64,000 bases of DNA from an uncultured Bacteroidales bacterium (GCA_903926565.1 CAIYJU010000058.1:743-64742); one strand, 5' to 3'. Positions 17,835 through 27,966 are shown, counted from the stretch's first letter. Made by a program: numbers and translations. Notes: generated from the letters alone by a model not told the origin.

Positions 17835-20800
17835 CTATTTCTGCTTTTCAAACACATCCACCTCCCTGAAATAGAAAGGCCCGTGTGGAGAGTCTTCGCT
17901 TACCCAGAGCAGGTAACGGTATTGTTTTGATTTTTCAGGCAGCGGGACGATGGTATAAAGCGCCTTGCTGTTGCCCCAGATATCTTCGGGGGGAGCGAGT
18001 GCGATAAAGCTCCATCCGCCTGATTTGGGATCGCCTTTTGCGGAAGGTGTCTTTTCGCCGGTTGCTCCCCACAGTGAATATGACTGGCGGCCGCGTTTGG
18101 TGTTCTGACCGGTAAAAATGTGGACGCTGTCGAGCTCGATCTCCCGCTGCAGGTCCATCAGGATGCGGCCTTCGCCTTTGGCGGACCATTTATCGCTGAG
18201 GGAGTCGCCGGGGAGCAGGTCGTACATGCCGTCATTTATCGCTGCCACGGTCATGCCGTCGGTGATGGACCCTGACGGGGTGATGGACCCTGACGGGGTG
18301 GAGGACCCTGACGGGGTGGAGGACCCTGACGGGGTGGAGGACCCCGTCAGGGTGGAATCTGCATCCGTAAAATAATACCTTGAAGTCACCCCGTTTGGCT
18401 GGTGGAGGTCGGCATAATCTTTCATGGTGAGCCGGGCAGGCAGCTTTGAAATGTCGCGGTCGCTGTAAGCCATGACCTTTGCAGCAGGGACCAGGTTTTC
18501 CTCAACATAGCTTTTTGCAATGTTTAAGGTCAGTGCCGGCCGGCCGGTGAAATCGTCATAGAGCGGCTGTGCCGGCTGAACCTGGTCGAATGAGTTGCTC
18601 GCCAGGGAGATTGCGAAAATTTTAATGCTTTCGTTATCCGGGAGTTGAATTGTTTCGCTTGCAGGCCCCGCATCCAGCACATATTTGAAGATATATGCAT
18701 ATTGATATGGCAGAGAAAGTGTGTCCCGATGAAGGTGCGTGGCAAACCAGGCTACTTCATCCCGCTTGATAAATCCCTTCTGCAGCCCGGTCAGCCGCCC
18801 GAATTTATCCCATGTCCGGTTGTCGAATTGGCCAATGTTGCCCTGGTACGCCTGGATCCTCAATGTCGATTTCTGCCCGCCGACTTTAAATATTCCGGAT
18901 GTGTCTGAAATCGCAGCTGCAAGAAAATAGACCCTGTTGAAATTCCCGGTTTTGGGCAGGGTGATTTTCTGTCCTTTGCAGGCGATGACATTGTTTTTTC
19001 CATCTGCAACGGGTCCGAAGTAGAATTGTATGCCATCAACAAGCAGTGTTTCCGGGAAAAGTTCGGCCGGGATGCTGATGCCTTTCTGATCGAAACGGCC
19101 ATTCTTCCTGTTTTTTACATTGGATACCACATCCTGGTCATAGACAAGCGGAAGCGGGAAGGAAACCGGTTCAACCAGCTTTTCAACAGGTGCCTCAAGC
19201 TGAACTGCAAAGCTCCTTATCGCGAACTTCTTCATATCGGTCACGAGTTTTCCGTTTTTAAGTGTTGCTTCGCCCACCAGGCGCTCCTGCCCGTCAATCT
19301 CCCAGGCTTTTAAAATTTTGGAAGCCATGGAGACTTCCACGTTTTGAATCTCCTTCCCCACGAGTTCCTGCAGCCGGATTACAATGTCCTTGCCGTTCTC
19401 CGCTTTTTTGATGGTCCGGATATCAACCTGCGGTACCGATACCTGTGCAAAAGAGAAACTCTTTCCCAGGAACCCGGTATGCTGGGGCACCTGGAAAACC
19501 CTGAGGGGTTGATTCAGCGCCCTGCCCTGCCATTCGGAAAGTCCTGAACGCCAATCACCTTTGTGGCTGTAGATGCCAAAAGCGATTTCATGGATTCCCC
19601 AGTCCTGGCTATCCTGGTCATGGTAAAAGTTGGTGGTCGGGGTGTACAAAATGGTGAGCCGCAGGGTTTTATCATCTGGTTTATCAGAACCGAACTTGCT
19701 GTCCTCAAAAATTGTCACACCGAAATTCCCCGATTTATCCGTCAGATCGAACCATTCACGGGAGGGAACTTCATACTTTTTTTCATTGTTGGTTGCACGT
19801 TCTTCCGTTCCAAGACCAAGATTATATGTTGCATTTACATTTGAGGCCGTGAGTGGAAATGATGCTTTTAGGCTCACCCCGCGCGATTGCCAGCTGATGG
19901 TATTTCGGATGATGAGGTTATCCTTTCCGGCAGCAAGCTGGATGTACTGGATAAATACCGAATTGAGGGCACTGCGCTCTATTTTAACGGTGGCACGCAC
20001 CGGGCCTTTTTCCACGACCGTTATTTTTGCAGGCCCTTTGACAAAACCGGAGGGTGGATTCTTGCGGTCGTTCCAATCCATGTTCCATGCAGGCCAGTAT
20101 TCGGGATGCTCTTTTTGAAACTCCAGTCTCATCGGTGCCGAAAGCAACTCTTTTCCCAGCTTTTTATCGATGATACTCGAAATGTCGCCGGCGGCATTGA
20201 TCGTAACCTTCAGATATTCATTGTCGAGCATCTTCTCAGAAACAGAGAGCGACGATTTCTGGGGTGTTTCATCCTTGACCGGCTGAACATCATAGCAGGC
20301 AAATCCCATGGATGGGACGGAGGAAAGAAACAGGATCCGGAGCCGGTCCTTCCCGGTCTGTATAACCTGCACAGGCACTTCGTTGTTGAGCGCATCGAAT
20401 ACTTTTACCGCTTTTGGTGCGCCTTCAGGATAAAGAATTTCAGCTTCTGCAACATCCTTACGGCTGATAGCCAGCGGGTTGTATACCACCACCATTGTTC
20501 CTTTTCCCCTGGTATCCAGGGCACGGGTTACGGCACCCACTGAACTTACCATCCCGGATGAAAATTTATTCAGGGCGAGAATCTCATCATTCCAGGCATA
20601 TTCATAAGCTTTCGGGATGGAAGTTCCGGGCAGGATATCATGCATCTGGCTTCCCATAACAAGCCACCATGCCTCATTGAGCGATCGCTGGGGATATTTG
20701 AGACCGCCAAGCCAGTCGGCCATCACCGCCACAGGTTCCGTGGCAAGGGCAAGCTGCTCGTTTTTGCGGTTCCAACGTTTCATATAGGCCTGGGAGGTGA

Positions 20801-21758
20801 GTGAGCCGGATGAATGTTCGGTAAGCAGCAGATCACCCGTATAGGAGGGCAACCGGTCTTTCTGCTCCTTTGTGAGATCCCTGAACAATTGATCAGAGGA
20901 GGAAAGGCAGACGTTGATTTTACCATCCGGCTGACCAATGCTACCCATTGCATTTTTAACATCCTCTTCACGCGGAGCCCCGCCTTCGTCGCCCACACCA
21001 TAATATCGGTAATCGGCAAAAACACCATACTTCCGGCCATTTTCCATAACCCGGTTTACCCAGTAAGCCGTGGTGTCAAGCCTCTTTTTTATCCCGCTGC
21101 CGTAACTGGTTGCATTCAATGCTGCGATGACACCATTTCCATCAGGACCAATCCAGTTGCCGATGTTGAATGGGATGCCTGCAGCAGAACCCCACGAGAG
21201 TTTCTGGGTAGAAAACCCTTTCAGTCCGGTATGAGCAAGAACAGAGGGAATGTGAGCCTGGAACCCAAAGCAGTCGGGAAGCAGAAAATCAACACTCTCC
21301 TTTCCAAATTCAGCTTTGAAATAGCCATTCCCATAAAGCACCTGCCGGATCACCGATTCCGGTGACGGAATATTGGCATCGCACTCATCCACCGACGACC
21401 CGCCAACGAACCATCTTCCCTGGGAGATGTATTTTTTCAGCTTTTCGTATTTCTCGGGGTAATACTCCTTCATCATCTTATACCGGCGGGCGCCGGAGAA
21501 GGTGAATACATAAGATTTGTACTTGTCCAATCGCTGGAAGTTGTCATCCAGGGTGTTTTTTATGTATTGGTTGATTGTAGTCTCGTAATCCCAGCGCCAT
21601 TCGGTATCCAGGTGGGCATAACCAACCGTATAAAGAACAGGATCTTTGGAAAGGTCATATCTTGGGACTGCCGGTTTGGCAGGGTCAGACTGGGCGGAAG
21701 CAATGTTCACAGACAGTAATAAAAGGAGGCAGGACAGAAGGGAGCGGCGACGCATCAT
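17835..21758 (-). CDS. Glycoside hydrolase family 38-like alpha-mannosidase with a C-terminal carbohydrate-binding-type domain
   Basis: Signal peptide MMRRRSLLSCLLLLLSVNIASAQ. VGYAHLDTEWRWDYETT and QMHDILPGTS regions are typical of GH38. An S/T/P/G linker repeat precedes an approximately 160-aa C-terminal domain. Confidence 0.75.
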   Translation of the reverse strand: MMRRRSLLSCLLLLLSVNIASAQSDPAKPAVPRYDLSKDPVLYTVGYAHLDTEWRWDYETTINQYIKNTLDDNFQRLDKYKSYVFTFSGARRYKMMKEYYPEKYEKLKKYISQGRWFVGGSSVDECDANIPSPESVIRQVLYGNGYFKAEFGKESVDFLLPDCFGFQAHIPSVLAHTGLKGFSTQKLSWGSAAGIPFNIGNWIGPDGNGVIAALNATSYGSGIKKRLDTTAYWVNRVMENGRKYGVFADYRYYGVGDEGGAPREEDVKNAMGSIGQPDGKINVCLSSSDQLFRDLTKEQKDRLPSYTGDLLLTEHSSGSLTSQAYMKRWNRKNEQLALATEPVAVMADWLGGLKYPQRSLNEAWWLVMGSQMHDILPGTSIPKAYEYAWNDEILALNKFSSGMVSSVGAVTRALDTRGKGTMVVVYNPLAISRKDVAEAEILYPEGAPKAVKVFDALNNEVPVQVIQTGKDRLRILFLSSVPSMGFACYDVQPVKDETPQKSSLSVSEKMLDNEYLKVTINAAGDISSIIDKKLGKELLSAPMRLEFQKEHPEYWPAWNMDWNDRKNPPSGFVKGPAKITVVEKGPVRATVKIERSALNSVFIQYIQLAAGKDNLIIRNTISWQSRGVSLKASFPLTASNVNATYNLGLGTEERATNNEKKYEVPSREWFDLTDKSGNFGVTIFEDSKFGSDKPDDKTLRLTILYTPTTNFYHDQDSQDWGIHEIAFGIYSHKGDWRSGLSEWQGRALNQPLRVFQVPQHTGFLGKSFSFAQVSVPQVDIRTIKKAENGKDIVIRLQELVGKEIQNVEVSMASKILKAWEIDGQERLVGEATLKNGKLVTDMKKFAIRSFAVQLEAPVEKLVEPVSFPLPLVYDQDVVSNVKNRKNGRFDQKGISIPAELFPETLLVDGIQFYFGPVADGKNNVIACKGQKITLPKTGNFNRVYFLAAAISDTSGIFKVGGQKSTLRIQAYQGNIGQFDNRTWDKFGRLTGLQKGFIKRDEVAWFATHLHRDTLSLPYQYAYIFKYVLDAGPASETIQLPDNESIKIFAISLASNSFDQVQPAQPLYDDFTGRPALTLNIAKSYVEENLVPAAKVMAYSDRDISKLPARLTMKDYADLHQPNGVTSRYYFTDADSTLTGSSTPSGSSTPSGSSTPSGSITPSGSITDGMTVAAINDGMYDLLPGDSLSDKWSAKGEGRILMDLQREIELDSVHIFTGQNTKRGRQSYSLWGATGEKTPSAKGDPKSGGWSFIALAPPEDIWGNSKALYTIVPLPEKSKQYRYLLWVSEDSPHGPFYFREVDVFEKQK
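18263..18352 (-). repeat. 5 x 18-nt tandem repeat encoding a (SSTPSG)n linker
   Basis: Plus-strand units are tgatggaccctgacgggg x2, tggaggaccctgacgggg x2 and tggaggaccccgtcaggg x1. The protein reads TLTGSSTPSGSSTPSGSSTPSGSITPSGSIT. Confidence 0.9.
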
Positions 21759-21850
21759 AGCAGTTGTTTTTCCATGTAAAATTAGAGATTTATTTTGTTT
21801 CTCAAAAAGCGCTACTTTTGCAGAAACAAATCAATACAGGGGTTTATTCT

Positions 21851-22981
21851 ATGAAAAAGTTTGCAGTTTTATTGTTGATCGGGTCTGTTTTGTCTTCCTG
21901 CATGACGGGGAAGGATCAGTTTAAAATCACGGGAAGCGTAACAGGAGTTGATACCGGTATGGTCTTCCTGCAGAAAGAGGAGTCTGGCAAGTGGGTTATC
22001 CTTGACTCCAACAAACTGGAGAAGGGGGAGTTTTCTTTCAAAGGAAAAGTTAACACCCCTGAGTTGTGGAACATTGCCGTCAAAGGAAGCCCGGTGCTTC
22101 TTCCTGTATTTGTTGAAAATTCCACCATCAGCGTTCAGATTTTCCCCGACAGCCTGGATAAATCTGTTATAAAAGGATCTGCAACACAGGATGTTTATCA
22201 GCAGTATATTGCTGAAAATGACGCTATTAATGTGAAAATGGAGGTTGTTTACCAGGAGTGGAAAAAAGCAAAGGAGGCCAACGACACCCTGGGCATCGTA
22301 CGCAACGACTCCATTTCAACCGCCCTGGAACTGGAGATGAAGAAGCAACTCCGGGATTTTGCAAAAACAAACTGCAAAACCGTTGTTTCTCCCTACATCG
22401 TGATGAAGAACAGCTGGCAGTTTGAATTGCCGGAACTGGAGTCGATTGTGAATGTGATGGATACCAGCCTGAATTCGTCACAATATTTGCAGGTGTTGAA
22501 AAAACGTGTTGACATACTTAAGCGGGTTGCTGTTGGTCAGATTGCACCGGATTTCGAAATGAATGACTCAACCGGAAAGGCAGTTAAACTCTCCTCTTTT
22601 AAAGGAAAAATAGTCCTGGTTGATTTCTGGGCATCGTGGTGCAGCCCGTGTCGTGCCGAAAACCCCAACGTTCTTAAAGCTTTTCAGGCCTTTAACAAAA
22701 AGGGTTTTGACATTCTGGGTGTCTCTTTCGATTCCAAACGTGAGAAATGGCTTACTGCTGTAAAGGATGACAACCTCCCGTGGACCCATGTTTCAGATCT
22801 GAAAGGATGGGCAAACGAAGCCGGTAAACTTTATGGTGTTAACTCCATTCCTGCAAATGTGCTGCTCGACAAGGATCAGAAGATCATCGCACGAAACCTG
22901 CGTGGGGAAGATCTGATAAACAAACTCGTTGAGGTTCTAGGACCGGTTGCAGCGGAAAAGAAACCGATCAGAAGAAAATAA
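21851..22981 (+). CDS. TlpA-like thiol-disulfide oxidoreductase lipoprotein (AhpC/TSA fold with N-terminal beta domain)
   Basis: MKKFAVLLLIGSVLSSC lipobox from the ATG at 21851. Active site DFWASWCSPCRAENP. Confidence 0.8.
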   Translation: MKKFAVLLLIGSVLSSCMTGKDQFKITGSVTGVDTGMVFLQKEESGKWVILDSNKLEKGEFSFKGKVNTPELWNIAVKGSPVLLPVFVENSTISVQIFPDSLDKSVIKGSATQDVYQQYIAENDAINVKMEVVYQEWKKAKEANDTLGIVRNDSISTALELEMKKQLRDFAKTNCKTVVSPYIVMKNSWQFELPELESIVNVMDTSLNSSQYLQVLKKRVDILKRVAVGQIAPDFEMNDSTGKAVKLSSFKGKIVLVDFWASWCSPCRAENPNVLKAFQAFNKKGFDILGVSFDSKREKWLTAVKDDNLPWTHVSDLKGWANEAGKLYGVNSIPANVLLDKDQKIIARNLRGEDLINKLVEVLGPVAAEKKPIRRK

Positions 22982-23012
22982 GCAACCTCTTGTTTACATT
23001 CCAGTCATTAAG

Positions 23013-24380
23013 ATGAAAAAGTCTCTGGTAATTATTTTTCTTGTTACCGTTATCCTGGTACAGGGGCAAAACAAGATTGAAGGAACTATTTCGGGGTTGG
23101 GTGCGAACAGAATTTTACTCATGAGTATTTATGGGGAAAAAACAAAGGCAATCGATTCCACAACCGCTGATCCTGAGGGGCACTTCAGGTTTACAATCAT
23201 CAACCGCCTACCCGGGATGTACAGAGTGCAATGGGCCAAAGATGGCCTGGTTGACCTGATATGGAACCAGGAAAATGTAACTTTTGCCACCTCCGCTAAA
23301 AATCCTGAAGACAGCCTTCAAATCATCTCTTCCATAGAAAACAAGATCAACCAGGCATATTCCAGACTTGACCGGATCAACCAGGCCAAATTGCAGCTGA
23401 TGATGCCCCTGGTCGACTATTACCCTGTGAAAGATAACTTCTATGCATCAGTTACCCGGGAGCTGGAGTCAACGCAAACATTGCAGCAGCATTACCTTGA
23501 TTCATTGGCGGGATTGTATCCGAATTCATTTGCGGTACGTGTAGCCAGGATTTACCAAACACCGTTTATCGCAGCCGGGCTGAACAAGGATGATCGGATC
23601 ACCCTGTTAAAACAACACTATTTCGACAGGATCGATTTTTCAGATACCGCCCTGTTGCGCAGCATGGTGTTTGTAAATAAAGCCATCGCGTATCTGTCAC
23701 TTTACAGCAACAACCGCATGCCACAGAAGCAGCTGGAAGCCGAATTCATCAAGGCGGTCACACTGATGCTCGGCGCAGCCTCCGTAAACCCGGTGATTTA
23801 CAAATTCTGGCTCGATTACCTTGTGGGCGGATTCGACAAATACCACTTCGATGAAGTGATTACCTATATTGCAGATAATTTCCAGGATCCCTCCTCCTGT
23901 GAAGACCAGGAAAGGAAATCTTCTCTCCAGAAAAAGCTGGATACCTTTAAAAAGATTGCCCTGGGGAAGATCGCTCCCGACATGGAAATTCCTGATGCGA
24001 AGGGGAAACTGATAAAGCTATCTGCGATCAATTCGGAATTTACCCTGGTGGTATTTTATGCATCCACCTGTCCGCACTGCGTTGCCATGACCCCCAGGCT
24101 TAAAGAGCTCTATGATATCCAGAAACCAAAACGTTTTGAGGTAATGGCGGTTTCAATCGATACCAGCCGCACTGAATGGACAAAATTTTTGAAGGAGCAG
24201 AAGCTCGACTGCATCAATGTTTCAGACCTGAAAGGCTTTGCCGGCAAATCTGCCGACGATTTCAATATTTATGCCACACCTACCATGTTCCTGCTCGACC
24301 GGGAGAAGAAGATCCTCTCCAAACCCATCTCGCTTATGGAGCTTGAACAGGCTCTGAGGGATCACAATCTGATTAATTGA
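23013..24380 (+). CDS. Thioredoxin-fold thiol-disulfide oxidoreductase with a long N-terminal helical domain
   Basis: Signal peptide MKKSLVIIFLVTVILVQGQN from the ATG at 23013. Active site FYASTCPHCVAM. Confidence 0.75.
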   Translation: MKKSLVIIFLVTVILVQGQNKIEGTISGLGANRILLMSIYGEKTKAIDSTTADPEGHFRFTIINRLPGMYRVQWAKDGLVDLIWNQENVTFATSAKNPEDSLQIISSIENKINQAYSRLDRINQAKLQLMMPLVDYYPVKDNFYASVTRELESTQTLQQHYLDSLAGLYPNSFAVRVARIYQTPFIAAGLNKDDRITLLKQHYFDRIDFSDTALLRSMVFVNKAIAYLSLYSNNRMPQKQLEAEFIKAVTLMLGAASVNPVIYKFWLDYLVGGFDKYHFDEVITYIADNFQDPSSCEDQERKSSLQKKLDTFKKIALGKIAPDMEIPDAKGKLIKLSAINSEFTLVVFYASTCPHCVAMTPRLKELYDIQKPKRFEVMAVSIDTSRTEWTKFLKEQKLDCINVSDLKGFAGKSADDFNIYATPTMFLLDREKKILSKPISLMELEQALRDHNLIN

Positions 24381-24480
24381 CGATTGGACGATTAACGATT
24401 TAGGATTAGCACTGCTCAATCGTAAATCGTCAATCAACCAATTCAATCTGCAATCGTAAATCGTCCAATCGTCAATCCTA
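24377..24480. repeat. Intergenic array of ACGATT words followed by AATCGT (reverse-complement) words; 17-bp perfect inverted repeat
   Basis: ACGATT at 24380, 24388 and 24395 (plus AGGATT at 24402). AATCGT at 24418, 24425, 24452, 24459 and 24467 (plus AATCCT at 24474). ttgacgattggacgatt(24377-24393) is the exact reverse complement of aatcgtccaatcgtcaa(24459-24475). The array fills the whole gap between two convergent stop codons. Confidence 0.85.
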
Positions 24481-26661
24481 GTACTTTACAATTCTTGCAA
24501 TTCCTGAAACGCCATTGGCCACAACCCTGATGATATAGATTCCATCTGCTTTGTCCCCAATTGACAACTCATGTTTCCTTCCACCGGGAAGTTGCCTGCT
24601 GAGCAGTGTCTCACCATGCATCCCGTAAATTTCCACAGTTCCGCTTTCAACCTTGCGGTCAGTCAGTTCCAGGGTGAAGGCACCGGTTGTCGGATTTGGA
24701 TAGACACGGAAGAGATCATTTTGATCAGAACCTTCGGTATCAGCACCGGGGACCCCGGCAATCTCCTCATCTTTCAGGGTCTGGGGCAGTGTATGGGGAA
24801 CAGCATTGCAATAAAAACAGTTCGCAGAGATAAACCCATGAAGGTATCCCCCCGGCTGGACAACAACCCCCGACAACATTTGTATTGTCTCACCTGCGAT
24901 CAGGATTGCCGATCCGCCACCCTGAACTCTGAAAGGACCTGAACTTCCGCCCTGCAGGATGAGTGTGGAGGCAGCATCTCCGCAGAGTACCTGTCCGGAG
25001 GGTACTGTATTGCCTGTCAGGATAACTGTTGAAGGTGGTACCGGCATGGCTGTTACCTCACGGCTGGTTGCATTGCTGCAGCCGACGGAGTTGGTAACGG
25101 TCACACTGTAAGTGCCTGTTGCAGAAATGGTTATCGCTGCTGTTGTTGCTGCATTTGACCACAAATACCCGGCACCACCTGATGCAGTGAGCACCAGTGA
25201 TTCACCCGGGCATAATGTTGTCGGGCCGGCCGGAGTAATTACAGGTGCAGGCAGCGAATTAACGTTTACAGGCAGGGAGTTCCCGGTGCCACTGCCGCAT
25301 GGGTTCGTGCCGGAAACCGTGATAAGGCCGTTTACCGCATTAAGCGAATAATTGACGGTGATGGTGCGCGTATTGGCTCCGGATACAAGAGTTGCGCCTG
25401 CAGGAAGATTCCATGCATATCCAGTCGCATTGGAGATGGGAGGGATGGAGTAGACCACCCCGTTTGTTCCTTTACACAATTGGGTGATTCCTGTGATGTT
25501 CCCTGCCGGGGAAGGATGGCAGGTGAGCACATTGACCGAATCGCTCACAATGCTGCTGAAGGCACCGAGGGTGTCCCTGAACTCCACGTTAAACAGGTGA
25601 TTGCCAAGGGGAAGGTAAGGAGGTTCAACAGAATCAAGCAGGACCACATTGGCGGCAGGCTGTGCCAGCGTGATCTCCCGCATGGTTGCCGGATCATTGT
25701 CGAACCAGTACCGGTATCCCGAAATGGCATTCTCCGCAATGCTGGCAGTTCCGCTTTTATAAAAATAGCCGGACGAAACAACGCTGGGTAGGTCTCCGCT
25801 CTGGAAACGGACGTGTGCCTTGTGAAGCCCCGGCTCGAGCGTTGCTGCATCCATCGTGGCCACCAGGTCGGCCGTTGGCTGGTTGGCAAGCGGTAACGTA
25901 ACTTTCCCTGCAGGGTTGTTGTCGAACCAGTATTCATAGGATATCAGGTTATTTTGATTTCCTGTGCCGTGTTTGTAAAACAGGTCCGACTGGGTTGAAC
26001 ACCAGGTGCCGGTTGTGTTTTTAAACCTGATGTGAAACGTATGAAATCCCAGTAAGAGTGTGTTGGCATTGATCACTGAAGAGAGATCAAGCATCTGGGT
26101 ATTGGCGACGTTCACAGCGGTTTTTGACCCATAATCGTTGTCGAACCAATATTCGTAACCTGAAATCAGCATTTCCGGAACAATGACGAAATAGGCTGAC
26201 GATATTGAACTGTATGTACCTGTAACGTCTCTGAACCTGATGTGAAACGTATTCATCCCCGGGCTCAGCGCAGAAGATGAGATGGCCGAACTCAGGTCGA
26301 GGAGGGTCGTATTGCTTACACTGACGGCAGTTTTCCCGGCATAATCGCTATTGTACCAGTATTCATAGCCGTTTATGAGGGTAGAGACCGGATAATAGAA
26401 CAAGGATGAACTTATCTGGCTGTACCGGAGTGAGTCATCCTTAAACCGGATGCTGAAGCGATGAAATCCGAGCGGGAAGGCCGGAACATTCACCGATGTG
26501 GTGAGGTCCAGTGTACTGACCGGACTGACTGACTCGCTGATCATCCCGGCATCATTGTCATCGAACCAATACTGGTACCCGATGATCTTTGGTGTCTGGG
26601 CTACAAGAATTTGCAGCGGGATGACCAGGAGGACTGAAATGAGTAGTAATATTTTTCTCAT
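24478..26661 (-). CDS. T9SS-secreted protein with five tandem ~70-aa 'YxYWFDND' repeats and Ig-like modules
   Basis: Signal peptide. Repeats begin GYQYWFDDNDAG, GYEYWYNSDYAG, GYEYWFDNDYGS, SYEYWFDNNPAG and GYRYWFDNDPAT. CTD FRVYPNPTTGAFTLEL...GIYIIRVV...ARIVKY. Confidence 0.75.
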   Translation of the reverse strand: MRKILLLISVLLVIPLQILVAQTPKIIGYQYWFDDNDAGMISESVSPVSTLDLTTSVNVPAFPLGFHRFSIRFKDDSLRYSQISSSLFYYPVSTLINGYEYWYNSDYAGKTAVSVSNTTLLDLSSAISSSALSPGMNTFHIRFRDVTGTYSSISSAYFVIVPEMLISGYEYWFDNDYGSKTAVNVANTQMLDLSSVINANTLLLGFHTFHIRFKNTTGTWCSTQSDLFYKHGTGNQNNLISYEYWFDNNPAGKVTLPLANQPTADLVATMDAATLEPGLHKAHVRFQSGDLPSVVSSGYFYKSGTASIAENAISGYRYWFDNDPATMREITLAQPAANVVLLDSVEPPYLPLGNHLFNVEFRDTLGAFSSIVSDSVNVLTCHPSPAGNITGITQLCKGTNGVVYSIPPISNATGYAWNLPAGATLVSGANTRTITVNYSLNAVNGLITVSGTNPCGSGTGNSLPVNVNSLPAPVITPAGPTTLCPGESLVLTASGGAGYLWSNAATTAAITISATGTYSVTVTNSVGCSNATSREVTAMPVPPSTVILTGNTVPSGQVLCGDAASTLILQGGSSGPFRVQGGGSAILIAGETIQMLSGVVVQPGGYLHGFISANCFYCNAVPHTLPQTLKDEEIAGVPGADTEGSDQNDLFRVYPNPTTGAFTLELTDRKVESGTVEIYGMHGETLLSRQLPGGRKHELSIGDKADGIYIIRVVANGVSGIARIVKY

Positions 26662-26667
26662 TGTCGT

Positions 26668-27738
26668 CTATTTTTCCTGGGCAGCAACCTTGAAATGAAT
26701 GTTGAGCGTGCCGCTGGGACTTGTCGAACCTGCTACATATTTGAACCGGATGTGCGGGTTCACAGGCAGCATGCCATCCTTGAAAGGATCACCTCCGTAA
26801 ATTCCACAGTCGGTGCCATCGCTGCCACCGTTGATGCCCGGACTGCCTGCAATAAGATGGTAATTGTGATGAATATCATAAACATTGCCACTTTGGCTGG
26901 TATAAATCTGTTCATTCGGCACATTTTCATGGTTCCCCGATAAGTTGCCAAACCCATTCAGGTTTGCCATACAGGAGCCGTAATAGTCGTAGTAAAATCC
27001 AATCGGGCCGTTAAAGAGATTATAGAAATAATTGTTGTCAGTACACTGAATTGGAATCCAGCCATAATAGGCGACGCACGGATTCTTAAAAATGTTGTTG
27101 GAAAAAGTTGAATTTTTTACGTACATATTAAGCGTTTTATTGCTTCCCCAAAGGAAGTTGTTGTGTAAAAAGGTGGCGCCATAAAAGTAATTCAGCTGGC
27201 CGTCAAAAATATTATTTCTGAAGCTGGCATTGGAATGGCCCCCATACACATGGCCCCTGATGATGTTTTCACGAAAAAGGAATGAAGACGTGGTGGTGTC
27301 GGTGCCATTGTTTGAAAGGTAGATGGTATTGAGGTTGCATCGCGAAACAAAATAGGAGGAAACATGCTGGTTGGCCTGGGTCGTGCCAAAAGCAAGGGTC
27401 CCGGTCAGAATGAATCCCTGCAGGCTGCCGTTGTCGGCACCCGACACAATGGTGATGTTCCCGGTGAGGAAGGTCGTTCCTGTGGCATAGCAGGAGTCGG
27501 GGAAAATTCCTGCACCGATGATGTGAACCCCTTTATTAATGACGAGGGTTCCGATGTTCATCAGGGCTGTTCCCGGAAGGTAAATATAGTCGCCATTGGC
27601 TGAATGAACCACTGCGGAATCCAGGCGCGTGAAAAATTCACTTCCGCCGGCAACATGGTTCACGGCGATCAGTTCCTGTGCAGAGAGGGAGTAAATCCCA
27701 AGTAAAAAGGCACAAACAAATGTAAAAAGTCTTTTCAT
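26668..27738 (-). CDS. Secreted right-handed parallel beta-helix repeat protein
   Basis: Signal peptide MKRLFTFVCAFLLGIYSLSAQ. Successive N-I/F-rich turns (FRENIIRG, FRNNIFDG, LHNNFLWG, FSNNIFKN). It lies 6 nt upstream of the next gene. Confidence 0.6.
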   Translation of the reverse strand: MKRLFTFVCAFLLGIYSLSAQELIAVNHVAGGSEFFTRLDSAVVHSANGDYIYLPGTALMNIGTLVINKGVHIIGAGIFPDSCYATGTTFLTGNITIVSGADNGSLQGFILTGTLAFGTTQANQHVSSYFVSRCNLNTIYLSNNGTDTTTSSFLFRENIIRGHVYGGHSNASFRNNIFDGQLNYFYGATFLHNNFLWGSNKTLNMYVKNSTFSNNIFKNPCVAYYGWIPIQCTDNNYFYNLFNGPIGFYYDYYGSCMANLNGFGNLSGNHENVPNEQIYTSQSGNVYDIHHNYHLIAGSPGINGGSDGTDCGIYGGDPFKDGMLPVNPHIRFKYVAGSTSPSGTLNIHFKVAAQEK

Positions 27739-27889
27739 GATGTGATTGATTTTAAAGGTGGGTTTTTGGTATTGTTATACTTTAATATAGAATTAACTGG
27801 CAAAGATAAACGGGATAATGGGAAAAACAAGCATTGCGGTATGGTAATATTGAAATAAATCCAGTGACGAGGTGTTGTGAACATCGGGT

Positions 27890-27919
27890 TTTGGTATTTC
27901 GCTGAAATTTTTAACTTTG
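27890..27919 (+). promoter_or_regulatory. Putative Bacteroidota promoter upstream of ruvA-sprA
   Basis: TTTG (27890-27893), 18 nt spacer, TAACTTTG (27912-27919). Confidence 0.45.
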
Positions 27920-27966
27920 CACTTTTGCCGGGAAAACCGGCAGAAATTCAGTTAGCATCGACGCAC

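Noticed and set aside
22947-23012. The N-terminal extension of the second thioredoxin-like ORF (and likewise 21764-21850, 6322-6372 and 17715-17765 for their genes) suggested by the ORF track.
   Set aside because: The internal ATG codons give classical signal peptides or lipoboxes. The extensions overlap upstream genes or predicted promoters.
27926-27943. A small hairpin tgccgg-gaaaa-ccggca in the ruvA leader.
   Set aside because: It is only a 6-bp stem with no T-run and no recognisable regulatory context, which is too weak to call.
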